From the NCBI GenBank assembly GCA_963713045.1, contig CAVQKE010000004.1, forward strand, positions 928,001 to 992,000: a DNA stretch of 64,000 nt. Reading direction: 5' to 3'. Numbering within the stretch: position 1 is the first letter of the stretch; every line of letters begins with the position of its first letter. Under the pieces are notes generated by a model. That model did no database searches. It was not told the DNA's origin and saw only the letters and a program-made list of their open reading frames with translations. This DNA is from an uncultured delta proteobacterium. Its GTDB lineage: Bacteria; Myxococcota; Myxococcia; Myxococcales; Myxococcaceae. The position numbers were made by a program, and so were the translations under genes. Below, in pieces: positions 61,232 to 64,000 of the stretch.

Positions 61232-61707
61232 TGGCCGTCGACGCTTCTTTCGTGGGCCGTCGCTGGGGGCCCTACCGCTACACGGTGGGCATCGAAAAGA
61301 TGCGCGAGTACGTGACGGCCATCTCCGGCGGTGCCCCCATCCTCGGGCTGTCCGGTGTTCCACCGGACGTCCACCCCGTCCTCCATGACGAAGCTGCGGC
61401 AGCGGCGGGCCCCTACCAAGGCGTCATCGCCTTCCCGACGTTTGCCGTCGCCTTCGCCATGGCCCCCTTTGGCGCGGCGATGCTCGACCCCACCCTGGGG
61501 GTGGACTTGCTTCGGCTGGTGCATGCCGGCCAGGACTTCGAATTTCTCGAAGTCCTTCGGCCTGGTGACGTCCTCACCACCCACGGCGAATTGGTGGAAG
61601 TCTCGATGCGCGGCCGTCACCAGGTGCTGGTGGTGCGCACCGAGTCCGTCAACCAGCACGGCCGGCCGGCAGTGCGCGGCGTCTTCACCGGCCTTATCCG
61701 CGGCTAA
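61231..61707 (+). CDS. MaoC N-terminal-type hot-dog protein (HadA-like)
   Basis: KMREY..HDEAAA..IAFPTF..LVHAGQDFEF..PGDVL. Confidence 0.82.
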   Translation: MAVDASFVGRRWGPYRYTVGIEKMREYVTAISGGAPILGLSGVPPDVHPVLHDEAAAAAGPYQGVIAFPTFAVAFAMAPFGAAMLDPTLGVDLLRLVHAGQDFEFLEVLRPGDVLTTHGELVEVSMRGRHQVLVVRTESVNQHGRPAVRGVFTGLIRG

Positions 61708-62209
61708 CGCCTTTGGTCGCGGCCGTCTCGGCCAAGGCCAATTCGAAGTACTGGGTGCCCGAAAGCGCCTTGGGCCCGTAGGGGGAAATCGGGCGAAAGC
61801 CGAGGGCCCGGTACAGCGCCTGCGCCTCCGTCATGCCCGACAGCGTGTCCAGCCGGACGGCCTGAAAGGCCGCGGCCCGCGCCGCACGCAGCGCGGCCTC
61901 CACCAGCGCCCGGCCAACGCCGTACCCCCGGGCGGAAGGAAGCACAAAGAGGCGCTTCAACTCGGCCACCCCGCTGGCCAGCGGGCGCAGCGCAACGGAG
62001 CCCACCACCGCGTCGGCCGCCAGGGCCAACCAAACGCCGCCCGGCGGCGGATAGGCCGCCGGCAAATCCGCCAACTCCTCGGCGAAGCCTTGGAAGGACA
62101 AGTCCACCCCCAGCCCGGCGCTGTAGGCGTGAAGGTGGGCCCGGGCCGCCGCCCAGTCGGCTGGGTCCTGCGCCAGCTGGCGCACTTGGAAGAGGGGGGT
62201 GGCTGTCAC
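61694..62209 (-). CDS. GNAT acetyltransferase
   Basis: FQGFAEELADLP, ELKRLFV..RGYGVG, LDTL..AQALY..GF. Probable GTG start at 62209. Confidence 0.85.
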   Translation of the reverse strand: MTATPLFQVRQLAQDPADWAAARAHLHAYSAGLGVDLSFQGFAEELADLPAAYPPPGGVWLALAADAVVGSVALRPLASGVAELKRLFVLPSARGYGVGRALVEAALRAARAAAFQAVRLDTLSGMTEAQALYRALGFRPISPYGPKALSGTQYFELALAETAATKGVSRG

Positions 62210-62311
62210 CAGAAGCCCCAAAGCCCACCAAAGCAGCGGGCCCGGCGCAAAGCACAGCGGCTGCCCCGTTGGCACCGGTACAGCGGTGCTGGGGCGGCCC
62301 TGGGGGCGGCC

Positions 62312-63640
62312 CTAGCGGACGATGACGCGCTGGTCGAGAAGTTGGACGAGGATGCGCGCGGTGTCCAAGCGCGACATGCCGGAGACGCTGAACAAGTCGT
62401 CGAAGGACATGGTGCCGTCAATTTGGGCCAGGATGAAGCCTGCCCGGTGGTCGAGGTTGAGCCAGATGACTTCATCCTCGCGCAGCCTCACCCGGGGGAT
62501 GGTGGCCAGCTTTCCCAACTTAGACTCGTACAGCGCCTGCAGCGTTTGCTCGCTGTCGGCCAAGGCCCGTGCCACCTCCGGGGCTTCCGGGTCCAGCGCC
62601 TGGGCCTGCTGGAGAAGCTCCCGCGCGCCGCTGTGGTCATCCAGCCCCTGCAGCTCCAGCGCACGATGCAGCAGGAGCCGCGCCTCGTACCGCGGGTCGG
62701 ACGGCATTTTCGCCGGCAGGGGGGTCCCACCGGCGCTCGCCGGAAGCGCAGTGACCAGGTTGAGCGCGTCCCCTTCTGTCGCCTCCGAGGGCGGCACCGT
62801 CGTCGGCCGGGACCGTCCCACCTCCCAGGCGTCCTTCGGTGGCGCGGCAGGAGTCGAGACACCGTCCGTCCACCAGTCATCGGACCCAACCGTCGCCGGA
62901 GGCTCGAAGGCGGGCGCCGGGCTGGGCCGGGCCAGCGGCTCGGGAAGGGGAACCGCTGCGCCCATGGGCAAGGTGGAAGGCGCCGGCGTCCGGTAGACGG
63001 GCGCCGCGGGTGATGCCGAAGGAAGCGGCGTCCCGCGCCCAAGCGGCGCGGGGGTTGCCAAAGGCGCGACCGAAGGCACCGGCGTGCCTCGGCCCACCGG
63101 GGCGGGCGGGAAACTGGGGGCGGGGGTGCGACTGGCCGCCGGCGAGGGCGCAGGCAGCGGTGTCCGGCGCGCTGGCGCTGGCGTTCCTCGCCCGGCTGCG
63201 GCCGGCGGCGAAGGCGGCGGCGTCCCCCGCTGCCACCCCGCGGGCGGCGCCGCCGGGGCCGGCGTTGGGCCGCGGGCGGGTGTTGGAGTCGTTTTCTGCA
63301 GCACCGGCGCCGGCGCGGCGGCACCTCCGGTAGGGAGCGGCGGTGTCGGGGCCAGTGGAATGAAGGGGTCGGTGGGCCCCTCGGGCCTCTCCGTCGCCGG
63401 GTCCGGGAAAAGCCGCGGCAGCGGCATTGAAAAAAGGTTGGTGGTGGAGTCGGGGACGCTCTGCAATTCCTCGGGAAGGGCGTCGACGACAGGCGCCGTC
63501 CCCAGCAGCTCCCGGGCGCGGTCACAGCCCGGGTCGAGCCGCAGGGCTTGCTCGAAGAGGCGGCGAGCCCCTTCGAGGTCGCCGCTCATCCGCAACCACA
63601 GACCCGCTTCAACGAGCTGGATGGCCCGTCCGCCGCTCAC
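62312..63640 (-). CDS. Hypothetical protein: TPR-like ends around a long Pro-rich linker
   Basis: N-terminal GDLEGARRLFEQALRLDP, Pro/Ala-rich middle, C-terminal WLNLDHRAGFILAQIDG..SGMSRLD. Confidence 0.78.
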   Translation of the reverse strand: MSGGRAIQLVEAGLWLRMSGDLEGARRLFEQALRLDPGCDRARELLGTAPVVDALPEELQSVPDSTTNLFSMPLPRLFPDPATERPEGPTDPFIPLAPTPPLPTGGAAAPAPVLQKTTPTPARGPTPAPAAPPAGWQRGTPPPSPPAAAGRGTPAPARRTPLPAPSPAASRTPAPSFPPAPVGRGTPVPSVAPLATPAPLGRGTPLPSASPAAPVYRTPAPSTLPMGAAVPLPEPLARPSPAPAFEPPATVGSDDWWTDGVSTPAAPPKDAWEVGRSRPTTVPPSEATEGDALNLVTALPASAGGTPLPAKMPSDPRYEARLLLHRALELQGLDDHSGARELLQQAQALDPEAPEVARALADSEQTLQALYESKLGKLATIPRVRLREDEVIWLNLDHRAGFILAQIDGTMSFDDLFSVSGMSRLDTARILVQLLDQRVIVR

Positions 63641-64000
63641 GTCTGTCGCGCTCCCAACCGCTCCAGGACGCCGACGAAAAGCGTCCGCGTCTTCTCGAGC
63701 TGGTCCACCGAGTCGGCCAGTAGAATCAAGTCGGAGCTCTTCGCCGCCGCCTTACTGGAAGCGAGAACCGCCTCTGCCTTGCGCAGCGCGTCCCGGCCAA
63801 ATTCGCTGTTGCCAGCCAGCTGGCGGACCTGGGGCATCAGCGTCTCCACTTCTTTGGCCGCATTCTCCAGGGCGGTCCGCTTGTGGAGTACCTCCGAGGT
63901 GGCACCGGCATCCAGCAGGAAGTCCTCCTGCTCCTCAAGGATGTCCTTCAACTCGGTGTCGGTCAGGCCACCGGAGGCGGTGACGATGATGGACTGCTGC
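63637..64000 (-). CDS. 3' end of an Hsp70/DnaK-family gene (truncated by the window)
   Basis: Reads QQSIIVTASGGLTDTELKDILEE, like the DnaK substrate-binding-domain end ITASSGL, followed by a helical lid. Confidence 0.7.
   Translation of the reverse strand, partial: QQSIIVTASGGLTDTELKDILEEQEDFLLDAGATSEVLHKRTALENAAKEVETLMPQVRQLAGNSEFGRDALRKAEAVLASSKAAAKSSDLILLADSVDQLEKTRTLFVGVLERLGARQT

Overview
High-GC window from a myxobacterium (Myxococcota, Myxococcaceae-like; inferred from CglB, a DUF6178-type protein, three-TM SecE and the RpoB/RplK style). 1-13.1 kb is the conserved minus-strand tRNA(Thr-Tyr-Gly-Thr)-tuf-rpmG-tRNA(Trp)-secE-nusG-rplKAJL-rpoBC cluster. In it, rpoB (5 breaks), secE, rpmG and tuf (about 11 breaks) carry frameshifts. 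Many of the extra bases are the synonymous alternative at a wobble position, which points to a mixed-read consensus artefact rather than biology. The rest contains: a thrABC operon that looks Xanthomonadales-like; rlmB, a RimK-family ligase, cglB, a HAD hydrolase, hrpB, a glycosyltransferase, fdxA and asd; an accessory block at about 29-36.8 kb (DUF1330, TonB-dependent receptor, PQQ-type beta-propeller lipoprotein, UreH-like Ni transporter); tRNA-Cys, a SpoIID protein and a TonB-C protein; a one-carbon cluster (gcvTHP, metF, folD) with an M1 peptidase, adenosine deaminase and pyrD; an AT-richer CBM9-like/beta-lactamase-fold fusion; a DGG-rich lipoprotein; engB with a tetraheme cytochrome; coaE-SDR-MaoC-MaoC; and the 3' end of an Hsp70 gene. 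I found no CRISPR array, integrase or transposase, and no clearly new multi-gene system. The best leads are the CBM9-hydrolase fusion, the D-[GAS]-G motif in exported proteins, the probably imported thr operon and the accessory block. All family assignments come from motif recognition and memory, not from database searches.
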